The translations under genes and the position numbers were made by a program. This document shows positions 18,361-35,247 of a DNA stretch of 64,000 nt, in pieces. A model generated the notes under the pieces. It ran no database searches and was not told the origin of the DNA. It saw nothing but the letters and a program-made list of their open reading frames with translations. The number at the start of each line of letters is the position of its first letter. Within the stretch, counting starts at the first letter, position 1. Source of the stretch: a virus; IMG/VR virus record IMGVR_UViG_3300022602_000033. One strand, 5' to 3'.

Positions 18361-21300
18361 TCATCCGTCTGCCAGCGCTATGTTCAGCGGCTTGAACGGA
18401 TAGGTAACTGTGTTGTTGACTGGTGCGGTGTTGCTGAGCACGCGACCACTGAAATCCTGCTGCCAGCGCGGAGCGTTGGCAAACACTATGGTATGACCAT
18501 TGTTCAGTTTGTAGCCGCGTGTGAATAGTGTAACCTCGCTCAAGTCAATGTAGTCTGGGTTGGTGATGAATGGTGCCAACACAGCACCACCCACAGAGAC
18601 CAACAGCTGCTGTGGAGTAGCGATATTTATGTTGCTCGTTCCTATGTACAGATTGAAAGTTGTGGTCTGGCCATCGAACGCAGTGCTGATATCATTGAGA
18701 ACCTGCAGCTGATTCTGGCTGCTGGTGTTCTGCGTGCTGCCATCTGGGAACGTGAGTGTACCACCTATGGTGAGGTTGCTGCTGATGCTGGCTGTGCCTG
18801 TGATGGCCAAGTTACCGCCCAGCGCCAGTCCGCCGCTGGTGGTCAAGCTGCCAGTGGTGTTGATGTTGCCGTAGAAGTAGCTGGGCCCGTAATACTGGCT
18901 GGTGCCTACCACCACGAACGCATTGCTGTTGGCACTGGTGCCTATGCCCACGTTGCCGGTGAATATGTCACCAGTCCTGCGGATCACGTCGCCTATGGCA
19001 AAGGTCATGCTGCTGACCACTTCCACGTTGGTGCCTGCTAGCACACCGCTGGCCAACACCACTGTGGAACCGTCGGTGGCAGTGTAATCAGTGCCATATA
19101 TCAGCTTGATACCGTTGAGATACACGTCAACATAGGGGCTCACATAGGGGCCTTGGCTGGCAAAGGTTGTCTGTCCTGCGCTGGCCACATACAGCGCCTT
19201 GCGCTGAGTAGCCAGCTGTCCCAGCGTGCTGCCCTGTGTCCAGCCTTCGAACGTGACCAAGCTGTTCTTGAGCGGAGCGTTGGTGAACTGCACAGATGTG
19301 CCAGTGGTAGCTGTGTAATCATAACCGCTGGCCAGCTTGACACCGTTCACATAAACGTCAAGATAGCCAACCGTGTAGGTGAAGCCTGTGTTCCACACCG
19401 TGATACCTGACGTTTGCACGTTGAACACGTTGTTGCCCTGTATCTGCTGCACACCGTTGGTGTTCCAACCAGTGAGCTGAACTATGCTGTTCACAGGTGG
19501 CGCAGCGCTGAAGGTCACCGACGTACCGTTGGTTGCTGTGTAATCAATGCCGTTGGTCAGCTTGATGCCGTTGAGGTACAGATCCAGATAACCCACTGTG
19601 TAGACAAATCCAGTGTTCCACACCGTGATGCCTGATGTCTGCACGTTGAACACGTTGCTGCCTGCGATCTTGCTGCCCACGTTGGTTAGGCTGGTAGCAG
19701 GCACCGTGATGCGTATCTCAACTCGAGCATACTGCACCGCACCCACTGTGAGCACTATGTTGGTTCCAACCCAGGCATAGGTGCTGGTGCGCTGATACAC
19801 GCCGTTCACGAACACCTGCGTGAGGTTCACGCCCTGTGGACCCGGGTTGTATGGATACACTGAGAAGGTGTTCTGGCCAGCAGTGGCCGTGAACGTGAAG
19901 GTCTGCACAGCAGCATTAGGTGCGCTGGTCTGTATGGTACCATCAGCAAACACTATGCCGTTGCTGCCGCCAGTGGCGCTGTTGCCTATGTGTATGTTAC
20001 CCCAAACGTCTAGGTTATAGGCCGGAGCACTGGTGCCTATGCCCACGCTGTTGGTGTTGCCAAAGAACACCAATCCATTGCTGCCACCTAGCGCACCATT
20101 GAAGTTGTACTGTATGCTGGTGTTGGAACCACCAGGCGTGCTGCCACCGCCACCGCCGCCCATGCTGGCTGTGTACTGGTAGGTACCGTCTGGGAAGTAG
20201 ATACCCACGTTGCTGCTTGTGCCTGTGCCGCGCAGCACGATATTTCCGTACTGGTTGGTGGCACCATACACGGTCATCACGTTGCTGGTAGCACCAAGGC
20301 TGCTGGCAGTGCCTATGCCCACGTTACCAGCAAAGGTGCTGGTGGTAGCAGAGCCCACATTTAGGTTACCGCCAATGCCAGCGCCGCCAAACATCTGTAG
20401 CGCACCTGACGTGCTTGATGTGCTGGCTGTGGCATTGGTTATGGTGAGGTTGCCTATGCTGACGTTGCCGCTGAGATAGCTGGCCACGTTGACATTGCTG
20501 TAGCTGCCACCACCGCCTGCGGTTATCAAGTATGATCCGTCGGCGAAGTAGATGCCTGCTGTGCTGCCCACACCCTTCTGGATCACCAAGTTGCCGTATA
20601 GAGTTTCCGTGCCATACACAGCAAACACGTTGCTGCCCACGCCTGTGGCAGTGCTGGTGCCAATGCCCACGTTGTTGGCAAACAGGTTATAGGTACCACC
20701 AACGTTGAGATTGCCACCTATGCCCACACCACCTGTGATGACCAGAGCACCAGTGGCGGTAGAGATGCTGGTGTTGCTGCTGAGCACTGTGACATTTTGA
20801 CCAAACGCACCATACACGTTGCTGACCACGGCGTTGACAGTGGCTGTGCCTGCGGCGGTGATCAAGCTGTTGCTGATCACGCTGCTGGCCACCAAGCTGT
20901 TGCTGGCAACCACGAAGCTGAACTGTGCTGCGTTGCTGACTGTGAGATTACCGCCAACGTTTAGGTTACCACCTATGCCCGCACCGTTGGTTATCACCAA
21001 CGCACCAGTGCTGCTGCTGGTGCTGGCATTGGCACCTGCAACGATCATGTTACCGCTGAAGTTGTTCTGCTGGCCGCCTATGTTGATGTTGCCCTGTATG
21101 CCAGCACCGCCTCCCATGAGCAGCGCACCAGTGGTGGTAGACGTGCTCACTGTGGTGTTGTTGATGGTGAGGTTGCCAATCTGCACTGGTCCGCTGAGAT
21201 AGCTGGTCACGTTGGCATTGCTGTAGCTGCCACCACCGCCTGCCGTGATCAGATAGCTGCCGTCTGCAAAGTAGATACCAGCCTGTCCTGCAGTGTTCTG

Positions 21301-24300
21301 CAGCACCAAGTTACCATACAGCGTCTCTGTGCCATACACAGCAAAAACGTTGCTGTTGACGCCTGTGCTGCTGCTGGTGCCTATGCCCACTGAGTTGATG
21401 AACAGGCTGCGAGACCCGCCCACGTTTAGGTTACCGCCCATGCCCACGCCGTTGGTTACCACCAACGCGCCAGTGCTGCTGGTGGTGCTGGCATTGGTGC
21501 CATTTACCAATAGGTTGCCACCAAAGGTGTTCTGCTGACCTTGGCTGCTGATGTTGCTGGTGACGACCACGTTGCCTGCAACATAGAGGTTGCCTCCTAT
21601 GCCCGCACCATTGGTTACTATGAGGGCACCAGTGGTTGGGCTGATGCTGACGTTTGCACCATTGACCAGGAGGTTACCAGTGAAGTTGTTCTGCTGTCCA
21701 GCTGCGTTGACGTTACCACCGATACCAGCGCCACCCAACACAACCAGAGCGCCATTGTTGCTGGCAGTGCTGGCATTGGTGCTGTTGATGGTCACATTCT
21801 GACCAAACAAACCGTACACGTTGCTGGTCAAGCTGTTGACCAGCGCATAGGTACCTGCTTGTATGTAGGTGTTAGAAGTGATGCTGCTGGCTATCACAGC
21901 GCTGGTGATGTTTAGGTTAGCAGCCTGTATGTAGGTGTTGCTGACCAAGGCGTTGACAGTGGCTAATCCGCTGGTCTGCAGCGTGCCACCGTAGACATTG
22001 TTGTTGCCTATGAGTGCATTCACAGTCACAGTGCCGGCTGCTTGTATGAATCCGTTGCTGTATAGATTGCCTGCGAAAGCAGTGCCTGTGATGTTGAGGT
22101 TGGCACCCTGTATGTTGGCGTTGGCAATGAGGCTGTTGACCTGTGCCAGTCCAGTGCTGTTCAGCGTGCTGGTAGTGATATTGTTGTTGCTGATGATGCT
22201 GTTAAGCTGTGCCAGTCCACTGGTGTTCAGCGTGGCACCAAACACGTTGTTGTTGCTGATCAGAGCATTCACAGTGGCAGTGCCGATGGCCTGTATGGTA
22301 GTGTTGCTGATGAGGCTTAGAACTTGCGCAGCGCCTGTGCTATTCAGGGTAGCTGTGGTAATATTATTATTAGATATCAAGCTGTTAAGCTGCGCCAATC
22401 CCGAAGTGTTGAGCGTGGCGCCAAACACGTTATTGTTGGCTATCAACGCATTAACAGTGGCTGTTCCCGCGCTCTGTACCGTGGTATTGCTGATAATGCT
22501 GTTGAACAGGCCCGCACCACTGGTGGTGATGCTGGCCCCTGTTATGTAACCATTGCTGACCAGATTGGCTACCTGAGCCAGTCCTGATGTGTTGAGAGTA
22601 GCTCCAAACACGTTGTTATTAGCTATCAGTGCGCTAACGCTGGCTGTACCACCAGTGCTGAGTGCCGTGCTAAAGCTGCCAACTCCGCGCACATCCAGCG
22701 TGCTCAGAGGCGTGTATGTGCCCACACCCACAGATCCCTGCACAGCCAGTCCGTTGCTGGGCGGGTTGACGAAGCTGTTGTTGCCTACCCAGCTGCTGCC
22801 TATCACTGTGGTGCCATTGACTTCCAAAGGATTCTGAGGTATGGTAACCCCGCTGATGCCAACGCCAGTCTTGTTGAAGCTGATCATGCTGCTGGCAGCA
22901 CCAGTGTATTTGAGGTAACCGTAGGCAGTGCCTGCTCCGCTGGCAAAGCCCAGGGTAGCACCATCTGTGGTACCGTTGCCCACTTCTATCTGCTGATCAG
23001 CGCCATTGGTGGTGTTGAATATGGCAGGCGTGCTGCCATATACCATGAAGCTGTTGGTGAGGCCTGCAACCGTGGTGCCCACACCCAGTCTGGTGTTGAC
23101 CTTGTCGAACAGGAAGTTGGCTGTGCCACCCAGCTTGCCATTGTCGTTGAACTGCACGCTTTCATTGACACCGGCCACTGTTGCTGCGGTCTGCAAGAAC
23201 GTGCCGTCTGGGAAGTAGATGCCTGATCCGCCAGCAGCAGTGTTGCTGATAACCAAGTTACCATAGAGATTTTCAGTACCATAGATGCTGGCTGTGTTTG
23301 CCAGTCCCAGGCTTGCGGTGGTTCCTATACCTATCTTTGTGGCAAACAGGGTGTTTACCCCGCTGATATTGCCGCTGACACCTGTGGTGGTTATGCTGCC
23401 ATTGCTGGTTAGATTGCCAACTGTGACGTTACCCACTGCCTGTATGGTAGTGTTGCTGTAGATGTTGTTGCCAACTATGGTACCATTGCTGTTTAAGCTG
23501 GCAGCTGTGAACGCACCGCCTTGCACGAAGCTGTTGCTGTAGATACCTGTGCCTACTATGACACCATTGCTGTTGATCGCAGCAGCAGTCACTGTGCCCG
23601 CTGCTGTTATCAGACCATTGCTGACCATGCTGCTGGCCACCACTGCACCGTTGCTGTTTAAGCTAGCAGCAGTGAAAGCACCGCCCTGCACGAATCCGTT
23701 GGAATAGATGTTGGCACCAACTATGGTGCCATTGCTGTTTACAGCTGCAGCTACAACTGTGCCTACAGTCTGTATGATGCCGTTGCCATACAGCTGATTT
23801 AGGTACACGTTGCCGGCTGCTTGTATGGTGCTGTTAGAAGTGATCTGGCTGGCTACTATGCTGCCGTTGCTGTTGACTCCGCCCACAGTGATGTTGCCAG
23901 CTGCTTGTATGGTGCTGTTGCTCCATATCTGGCTGCCCACTATGGTACCGTTGGCATTGAGGCCGCCTGCCGTGACGTTACCGCTGGCCTGCACGGCACC
24001 GTTGCTGAAGAAGTTGCTGCCTACTATGGTGCCATTGCTGTCAATGCTGGCTGCTACCAATGCACTAGCAGTCTGTATGATGCCATTGCTGAAGATGCTG
24101 GCCGCTGTGATGGCGTTTGATGCTACCACGTAGCTGAACTGTGCACCGTTGTTGGCCACTAGGTTTCCGCCCACATAGAGATTGCCCAGTATGCCAGCGC
24201 CTGCTGCCACAGTTAGCGCACCTGTGGTAGCGCTGGTGGCAGTGTTAGAGCCACTGATGTTGACATTGCCAGTGAAGTTGCTGACCTGTCCACCAACGTT

Positions 24301-27300
24301 GATGTTACCACCCACGCCTATGCCACCTATGGTTACCACACCACCGGAAGTTGTGTTAGTGCTGATGCTCTGTGCGTTGCTGAGCCAGATGTTGCCAAAC
24401 ACAGCTCCGCCGTATATCACACCTGGATAGCTGTCAGCATTCTGGTCCGTGACATTGAGTAGACCCGGTGCCACGTTGGTGAGGAAGATCAGCCTATCTG
24501 TGCTGTCCTGCCAGCCAAGGAACGCATGGTTGAATCCCGCAAGCTCGCCATTGAACGGCGGATCCTTGTAGTAGTCCATGAACAGGCCACGGTCAAATCC
24601 ATCGTCAACTACCAGAGGTGTGCCGCCAGTGCCAATGCCCAGCTGCACGGTTGGATTGGTGATGCTCAAGCTCTGGACCGTGATGGTGGTGCTGTTACCG
24701 CCAAGGGTTAGGTTTCCAGTAACCTGCAGGTTACCTGTGATCTTGCTGTTGCCAAACGCTTGCAAGCCACCGCTGGTGATGCTGATAGTGGTATTGCTGG
24801 TCAGACCATTGACCACTGCAGCACCGGCGCTCTGTATGGTGCTGTTGCTGCTGAGGCTGCCTACCAGTGCTTGTCCGCTGCTCTGCAGCGTGGCGCCAAA
24901 CACGTTGGTGTTGCTGATGAGATTATTAACCGTGGCTGTGCCGCCAACCTGTATGGCACCGTTGCTGTTCATGCTGGCGAATATTGCAGCGCCGCTGCTG
25001 GTTATAGTGCCAGTGCTGATGCTGCTGTTAACGGTGAGATTGGCTATCTGTGCATTGCCAGTGACGTTGAGATTAGCAGTGGTGGTATAACCATTGCTGG
25101 TGACGTTGCCAAACTGTGCAGTGCCATTGCTCACGATGGTGGCACCAAACACATTGTTGTTTGATATCAGTGCGTTGACTGTGGCAGTGCCTGCGGCCTG
25201 TATGGTGCTGTTGCTCCAGATCTGCGTGCCAACTATGGTACCATTTGAGTTAACACCGCCGACAGTGAGATTGCCGTTGGCCTGTATGAAGGTGTTGCTG
25301 TACAGAGCATTTACAGTGGCAGTGCCTAGGCCCTGTATGGTTGTATTTGCTATTAGACTATTGACTTCAGCAGCGCCAGTGGCATTGAAGGTAGCAGTTG
25401 TGGTGTTGGTGTTGCTGATCAGGCTGCCAACTATGGCACCACCTGCGCCCACGTTCAGAGATGCTGTGCTGGTAGCTGTGTTGACATTGAGGCTGTTGAC
25501 CTGTGCCAGACCTGCGATGTTGAGGTTGGCGCCGTAGACATTGGCATTGGCTATCAGTTGATTAACCGTGGCCAGCCCAGTGCTCTGTATGGTGCCATTG
25601 CTGTACACGTTGCCTGCCCAAGCAGTGCCTGAGATGTTGAGATTGGCACCAGTGATGTTGGCATTGGCCAGCAGGCTGTTTACCGTGGCAGCGCCCGCAG
25701 CCTGTATGGTGGTGTTGCTGTTGATGCTAGCGACAACCGCAGCACCGGTGCTGTTCAAAGTGTTTGTCGTGGTGTTGTTGTTTGATATCAGGCTGCTGAC
25801 CTGCGCTAACCCAGTGCTGTTTAAGGTAGCACCGGTGATGTTGTTGTTGCTGATCAGGCTGTTGACCTGAGTCAATCCGCTGGTGTTCAGTGTTGCACCG
25901 TAGATATTGGTGTTAGCAATCAGAGCATTGACCGTGGCTGTGCCACCAACTTGTGCAGTGGTATTGCTGATCAAGCTGTTGACCTGCTCCAATCCACTGT
26001 TATTGAGCGAAGCAGTGGTGATGTTGGTATTGGACACCAAAGCATTGACCGTGGCAGTACCACCTATCTGAGCAGTGGTGTTACTGATCAAGCTACCAAC
26101 CTGGGCCAACCCAGCTATGTTGATGTTAGCACCGTAGATGTTTGCGTTGCTGATCAATTGGTTGGTGGTGGTCAATCCAGCTGTCTGGGTAAAGCCGTTG
26201 CTGTAGACATTGCCCGCGCTCAGTGTGCCAGTGATGCCAATCGAGCCAGTGGTTATGCTGGTGTTGACCACCAAGCTGTTCACAGTGCTCTGACCGCTGC
26301 TCTGCACTGTGGCGCCAAACACGTTGTTGTTGCTGATCAAGCTGTTGACGTATGCCACACCTGCAATGTTGATGTTGGCGCCATAGATGTTGGCATTGCT
26401 GATCAAGCTGTTTACCTGTGCCAATCCAGACGTATTAACAGTAGCACCATAGATGCTGGTGTTGGCAATCAGGGCATTTACCGTGGCTGAACCAGCAGCC
26501 TGTATGGTGGTATTGCTGCTGAGGCTGTTGACCGTTGCCTGTCCGCTGCTCTGCACAGTCGCACCAAACACGTTGGTGTTGGCCACCAGTGCGTTTACCA
26601 GGGCCAAACCTGTGGTGTTCAAGGTAGCAGTGGTGGTGTTGGTGTTGCTGATCAGTGCATTGACAGTAGCAGTGCCCAGTGCCTGTATGGTGGTATTGCT
26701 GACCAAGCTGTTGAGCTGTGCTAGCCCACTGGTGTTCAGCGTGGCGCCCGAGATGTTGTTGTTGCTGATCAGCGCAAACACCTGTGCCAAGGTCTTGACG
26801 TTCACGAAGGTGCTGGTGATGTTGGTGTTGCTGATGAGATCGTTTACTGTGGCCAGACCACGAGCATTCAGCGTGTTGGTGGTGGTGTTGGTGTTGGCCA
26901 CTATCTCGTTTAGCGTGGCCACACCGATGCTCTGTATGGTGGTGTTGCTGATCAAGCTGTTCACATAAGCAGCACCGTCCACCTGTATGGTGGTGTTGCT
27001 GATCATGCTGCCTGCCTGCAGCAGTCCGCTGATGTTGAGGCTGGCAGTGGCTATGCTGGTGTTTACAACCAATCCGCCCAGATCGCTTTCGCCTGCCACG
27101 CTGAACCTTCCGCGTATGCTGGCATTGGTCATCACATCCAGTGCGCTGCCAGGTGCAAACGTGCCTATGCCAACCCTGCCAACTGTGATCAAACCATCGC
27201 TGGGAGCAGTCTGCACACCTGCATAGGCCGATCCTATGGCTGTGCCGCCGCCAATGTCCAGAGTGTTGACCGGCACGGTTATGCCACCCACACCTGTGCC

Positions 27301-29802
27301 GGTCTTGGTAAATGCGATATTAGTCAGCACAGATCCTGCGTATTGAAGATAACCGTAAGCAGTAGTTGCCCCGCTGTTGAATCCAACTACTGCGCCGTCA
27401 CTGGCAGCGTTACCCACGATTATCTGTTGATCAGCACCGTTGGTGGTATTAAACAGTGCAGGACTGCCACCATAAACGCCCAAACTGTTGTTGAGCACGC
27501 TGGTACCAATGCCCAATCGAGCATTGACCTTGTCAAAGGCAAAGTTGCTCTGTCCAGCGAACGACCCAGCATCGTTGAACTGCACGCTGCGATCTGGACC
27601 AGCAGCCGATGTGCCTGCCGAAGTCTTCTGGAAGCTGCCGTCAGGGAAGTATATGCCTGTGCCAAACGTAGCAACATTGATGTTACCACCATAGACTAAT
27701 AGGTTATCACCTATCTTGATGTTGCTGCTGCCTATGCCCACACGGCCATATATCTGATGCACGTTGCCATAGGTAAGCAAGAGGTTACCGCTGACAGTAA
27801 GCGGTTGTGCAGGCATGTTTGTGCCTATGCCTAGGCGAACATTGCCGTTGTCCCAGAAGAATGCGCTGGTATTGCCGCTAAACACGTTGGCATTGCCAGC
27901 AAACTGTATGGTACCTGGCGCACCATAGCTGGGTGTGTAGAATGCAGCAGTGTTTTGGAATGTGCCATCACTGAAAGTGATGCCACTGGTAGTAGCAGTG
28001 TTGGCAATGTAGATGTTGCCCATGTAATTGGCAGTGCCAAGCACGCTGAGCACGTTGCTGCCTGTGACTGTGAGAGTGCCTATGGCCGCATTGGCATTGG
28101 CCACTATCCTGCCAAATCTGCCAACTCCTGCTGCCTGCACAAAGGTGTTGCTGGTCAAGCTGTTGACTGTTATGTCCTGTGCTACACCAACGTTTCCAAA
28201 CTGGAAATTGCCAGCAACGGTGAGATTACCGCCAATGACCAGATTGTTGCCAATGCTTTGGCTGTGGATCACATTGACGTTGCCGGCTGAGATGTTGCCA
28301 GTGACAGAGAACGATGGTGTGCTGATGCTGTTAGCCACCGTGAGCACACCAGTGCCATCCAGCGTCATCACCGGAGTGATGCCACCATACCATGCGAAGC
28401 TATATGTGCTGTTGTTCTGTGGCACGCCAGTCCACAGCACTGCGTTATCTATGCCTATGGCATAGTCCGTGTTAGAACCATCAACCTGATCAAACAACAC
28501 CAGCTTGCTGCCCGTGCTGCGGGTGACAAAGCTAGGTGGTGCATATCCGGTGATGCCAAAGTCTATGTAGTTGCCAAAATAGTTGTTGAGCGAGATCGTA
28601 CCACCGCTGATGGTCACGCAACCACTGATCTGCGCAGTACCCGTGTTGTTCCAGTTGCCCACGCTGTCCAGCTGTGCTATAACGCATCCACCGCCGTAGT
28701 AATTGTAGAAAGCACCACTGGGTATGGTGAAGCTCATGGCAGGGGTGGGATCTATGCCAAGGCTGTAGGGTATGTCCACACCATCGTTGTAGAGATTGAT
28801 CTTGGTGCCTGCACTGCCTGGACCGTAGCTGGGATAGTCCACGCCGTTGATGCCAAAGTCTATGAGATTGGCCGTGGCATTGTTGAGACTGACGAGGCCC
28901 CCGTTGACCTGCAGGGTGGTATTGCCGGCATACCAGGCAAAGTTGCTGGCATCGCCGCTGAATGTGTTGTCGTTGCCAGCGAACTGTATGGTGCCTGGTG
29001 GGCCATAGCTGGGCGTGTAGAAAGCAGCTGTGTTTTGGAACGTGCCATCTGGGAAGAGGATACCGCTGCTGGTGCTAGCGGTGTTGCCTATGTGTATGTT
29101 GCCGTAGATGTCCAGAGGATACTGCACTGTAGCAGTGCCTATGCCCACGTTAACGTTGGCAATGATCTGGTTGGCCTGCACATAGCTGGCAGCAGTTACG
29201 CTGCTGTCGCTTTGGATCAGTGCTCCGCTCAACAGTGATCCTGCACGCACAAAGGTATTGCTGGTTAGGCTGTTGACTGTGAGATCTTGGATGCCGCTGA
29301 TGTTGGCAACGTTGATGTTGCCGCTGATGTTGATAGCACCAGACACATAAAGGTTACCACCTATGCTAGCGCCTCCAACCACCTGCAGCGCCCCACTACC
29401 CGGAGTGGTGGTAGCTGTGTTGCTGAATATAGTGAGGTTGTTGGTGTTTAGCCTCGTACCACCAGCATCCCAATAGAGATTGCTGCTGTCACCCCTGAAG
29501 GTGTTGCCTGTGCCTGCAAACTGCAGGGTGTACTGTGGTCCGTAGCTCTGCGCAGCTTCATACTGGAAGCTACCATCTGGGAACACCAATCCGTAGCCCA
29601 CAGTGTTGATGGTGATGTTGCCACCAGCCACGTCCAGCCTGCTGCCCTGAGGTACTGTGCTGGTGCCGATGCCCACATTGCCACTGATAATAGCACCGTT
29701 GGCTATCTGAGGCGTGGCGGTGCTAGTGTATGTCCCGACTACTAGGTTGCTAGTGACCTGTAGTCCGTTCTTGACTACAAAGTCTTGATTGCGTGCGGCC
29801 AC
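18361..29802 (-). CDS. Giant fibre protein, 3813 aa (GTG start)
   Basis: N-terminal NQDFVVKNGL anchor motif, long N/S/T/G-rich repetitive shaft, repeated FPDG.FQ.TAA..G..QF modules, C-terminal GY.D.Y.NG.KL..DYTAT.G repeats. Confidence 0.85.
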   Translation of the reverse strand: MAARNQDFVVKNGLQVTSNLVVGTYTSTATPQIANGAIISGNVGIGTSTVPQGSRLDVAGGNITINTVGYGLVFPDGSFQYEAAQSYGPQYTLQFAGTGNTFRGDSSNLYWDAGGTRLNTNNLTIFSNTATTTPGSGALQVVGGASIGGNLYVSGAINISGNINVANISGIQDLTVNSLTSNTFVRAGSLLSGALIQSDSSVTAASYVQANQIIANVNVGIGTATVQYPLDIYGNIHIGNTASTSSGILFPDGTFQNTAAFYTPSYGPPGTIQFAGNDNTFSGDASNFAWYAGNTTLQVNGGLVSLNNATANLIDFGINGVDYPSYGPGSAGTKINLYNDGVDIPYSLGIDPTPAMSFTIPSGAFYNYYGGGCVIAQLDSVGNWNNTGTAQISGCVTISGGTISLNNYFGNYIDFGITGYAPPSFVTRSTGSKLVLFDQVDGSNTDYAIGIDNAVLWTGVPQNNSTYSFAWYGGITPVMTLDGTGVLTVANSISTPSFSVTGNISAGNVNVIHSQSIGNNLVIGGNLTVAGNFQFGNVGVAQDITVNSLTSNTFVQAAGVGRFGRIVANANAAIGTLTVTGSNVLSVLGTANYMGNIYIANTATTSGITFSDGTFQNTAAFYTPSYGAPGTIQFAGNANVFSGNTSAFFWDNGNVRLGIGTNMPAQPLTVSGNLLLTYGNVHQIYGRVGIGSSNIKIGDNLLVYGGNINVATFGTGIYFPDGSFQKTSAGTSAAGPDRSVQFNDAGSFAGQSNFAFDKVNARLGIGTSVLNNSLGVYGGSPALFNTTNGADQQIIVGNAASDGAVVGFNSGATTAYGYLQYAGSVLTNIAFTKTGTGVGGITVPVNTLDIGGGTAIGSAYAGVQTAPSDGLITVGRVGIGTFAPGSALDVMTNASIRGRFSVAGESDLGGLVVNTSIATASLNISGLLQAGSMISNTTIQVDGAAYVNSLISNTTIQSIGVATLNEIVANTNTTTNTLNARGLATVNDLISNTNITSTFVNVKTLAQVFALISNNNISGATLNTSGLAQLNSLVSNTTIQALGTATVNALISNTNTTTATLNTTGLALVNALVANTNVFGATVQSSGQATVNSLSSNTTIQAAGSATVNALIANTSIYGATVNTSGLAQVNSLISNANIYGANINIAGVAYVNSLISNNNVFGATVQSSGQSTVNSLVVNTSITTGSIGITGTLSAGNVYSNGFTQTAGLTTTNQLISNANIYGANINIAGLAQVGSLISNTTAQIGGTATVNALVSNTNITTASLNNSGLEQVNSLISNTTAQVGGTATVNALIANTNIYGATLNTSGLTQVNSLISNNNITGATLNSTGLAQVSSLISNNNTTTNTLNSTGAAVVASINSNTTIQAAGAATVNSLLANANITGANLNISGTAWAGNVYSNGTIQSTGLATVNQLIANANVYGANLNIAGLAQVNSLNVNTATSTASLNVGAGGAIVGSLISNTNTTTATFNATGAAEVNSLIANTTIQGLGTATVNALYSNTFIQANGNLTVGGVNSNGTIVGTQIWSNSTIQAAGTATVNALISNNNVFGATIVSNGTAQFGNVTSNGYTTTANLNVTGNAQIANLTVNSSISTGTITSSGAAIFASMNSNGAIQVGGTATVNNLISNTNVFGATLQSSGQALVGSLSSNSTIQSAGAAVVNGLTSNTTISITSGGLQAFGNSKITGNLQVTGNLTLGGNSTTITVQSLSITNPTVQLGIGTGGTPLVVDDGFDRGLFMDYYKDPPFNGELAGFNHAFLGWQDSTDRLIFLTNVAPGLLNVTDQNADSYPGVIYGGAVFGNIWLSNAQSISTNTTSGGVVTIGGIGVGGNINVGGQVSNFTGNVNISGSNTATSATTGALTVAAGAGILGNLYVGGNLVANNGAQFSYVVASNAITAASIFSNGIIQTASALVAASIDSNGTIVGSNFFSNGAVQASGNVTAGGLNANGTIVGSQIWSNSTIQAAGNITVGGVNSNGSIVASQITSNSTIQAAGNVYLNQLYGNGIIQTVGTVVAAAVNSNGTIVGANIYSNGFVQGGAFTAASLNSNGAVVASSMVSNGLITAAGTVTAAAINSNGVIVGTGIYSNSFVQGGAFTAASLNSNGTIVGNNIYSNTTIQAVGNVTVGNLTSNGSITTTGVSGNISGVNTLFATKIGIGTTASLGLANTASIYGTENLYGNLVISNTAAGGSGIYFPDGTFLQTAATVAGVNESVQFNDNGKLGGTANFLFDKVNTRLGVGTTVAGLTNSFMVYGSTPAIFNTTNGADQQIEVGNGTTDGATLGFASGAGTAYGYLKYTGAASSMISFNKTGVGISGVTIPQNPLEVNGTTVIGSSWVGNNSFVNPPSNGLAVQGSVGVGTYTPLSTLDVRGVGSFSTALSTGGTASVSALIANNNVFGATLNTSGLAQVANLVSNGYITGASITTSGAGLFNSIISNTTVQSAGTATVNALIANNNVFGATLNTSGLAQLNSLISNNNITTATLNSTGAAQVLSLISNTTIQAIGTATVNALISNNNVFGATLNTSGLAQLNSIISNNNITTSTLNSTGLAQVNSLIANANIQGANLNITGTAFAGNLYSNGFIQAAGTVTVNALIGNNNVYGGTLQTSGLATVNALVSNTYIQAANLNITSAVIASSITSNTYIQAGTYALVNSLTSNVYGLFGQNVTINSTNASTASNNGALVVLGGAGIGGNVNAAGQQNNFTGNLLVNGANVSISPTTGALIVTNGAGIGGNLYVAGNVVVTSNISSQGQQNTFGGNLLVNGTNASTTSSTGALVVTNGVGMGGNLNVGGSRSLFINSVGIGTSSSTGVNSNVFAVYGTETLYGNLVLQNTAGQAGIYFADGSYLITAGGGGSYSNANVTSYLSGPVQIGNLTINNTTVSTSTTTGALLMGGGAGIQGNINIGGQQNNFSGNMIVAGANASTSSSTGALVITNGAGIGGNLNVGGNLTVSNAAQFSFVVASNSLVASSVISNSLITAAGTATVNAVVSNVYGAFGQNVTVLSSNTSISTATGALVITGGVGIGGNLNVGGTYNLFANNVGIGTSTATGVGSNVFAVYGTETLYGNLVIQKGVGSTAGIYFADGSYLITAGGGGSYSNVNVASYLSGNVSIGNLTITNATASTSSTSGALQMFGGAGIGGNLNVGSATTSTFAGNVGIGTASSLGATSNVMTVYGATNQYGNIVLRGTGTSSNVGIYFPDGTYQYTASMGGGGGGSTPGGSNTSIQYNFNGALGGSNGLVFFGNTNSVGIGTSAPAYNLDVWGNIHIGNSATGGSNGIVFADGTIQTSAPNAAVQTFTFTATAGQNTFSVYPYNPGPQGVNLTQVFVNGVYQRTSTYAWVGTNIVLTVGAVQYARVEIRITVPATSLTNVGSKIAGSNVFNVQTSGITVWNTGFVYTVGYLDLYLNGIKLTNGIDYTATNGTSVTFSAAPPVNSIVQLTGWNTNGVQQIQGNNVFNVQTSGITVWNTGFTYTVGYLDVYVNGVKLASGYDYTATTGTSVQFTNAPLKNSLVTFEGWTQGSTLGQLATQRKALYVASAGQTTFASQGPYVSPYVDVYLNGIKLIYGTDYTATDGSTVVLASGVLAGTNVEVVSSMTFAIGDVIRRTGDIFTGNVGIGTSANSNAFVVVGTSQYYGPSYFYGNINTTGSLTTSGGLALGGNLAITGTASISSNLTIGGTLTFPDGSTQNTSSQNQLQVLNDISTAFDGQTTTFNLYIGTSNINIATPQQLLVSVGGAVLAPFITNPDYIDLSEVTLFTRGYKLNNGHTIVFANAPRWQQDFSGRVLSNTAPVNNTVTYPFKPLNIALADG
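18624..18629 (-). promoter_or_regulatory. Possible internal late promoter (CATAAATATC) for 15045..18338
   Basis: Matches the extended consensus. About 290 nt upstream of ATG 18338, which has no intergenic promoter. Confidence 0.4.
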
Positions 29803-29838
29803 CAGTTTCCCTTTCCACCAATGCCGTAATATGTCTGA

Positions 29839-29844
29839 TATTTA
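29839..29844 (-). promoter_or_regulatory. Late promoter core (GCTAAATATC)
   Basis: Intergenic, upstream of GTG 29802. Confidence 0.7.
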
Positions 29845-29852
29845 GCAGGGTG

Positions 29853-35231
<5,379 letters not shown>

Positions 35232-35247
35232 TGGCTAGAGAACAGCA

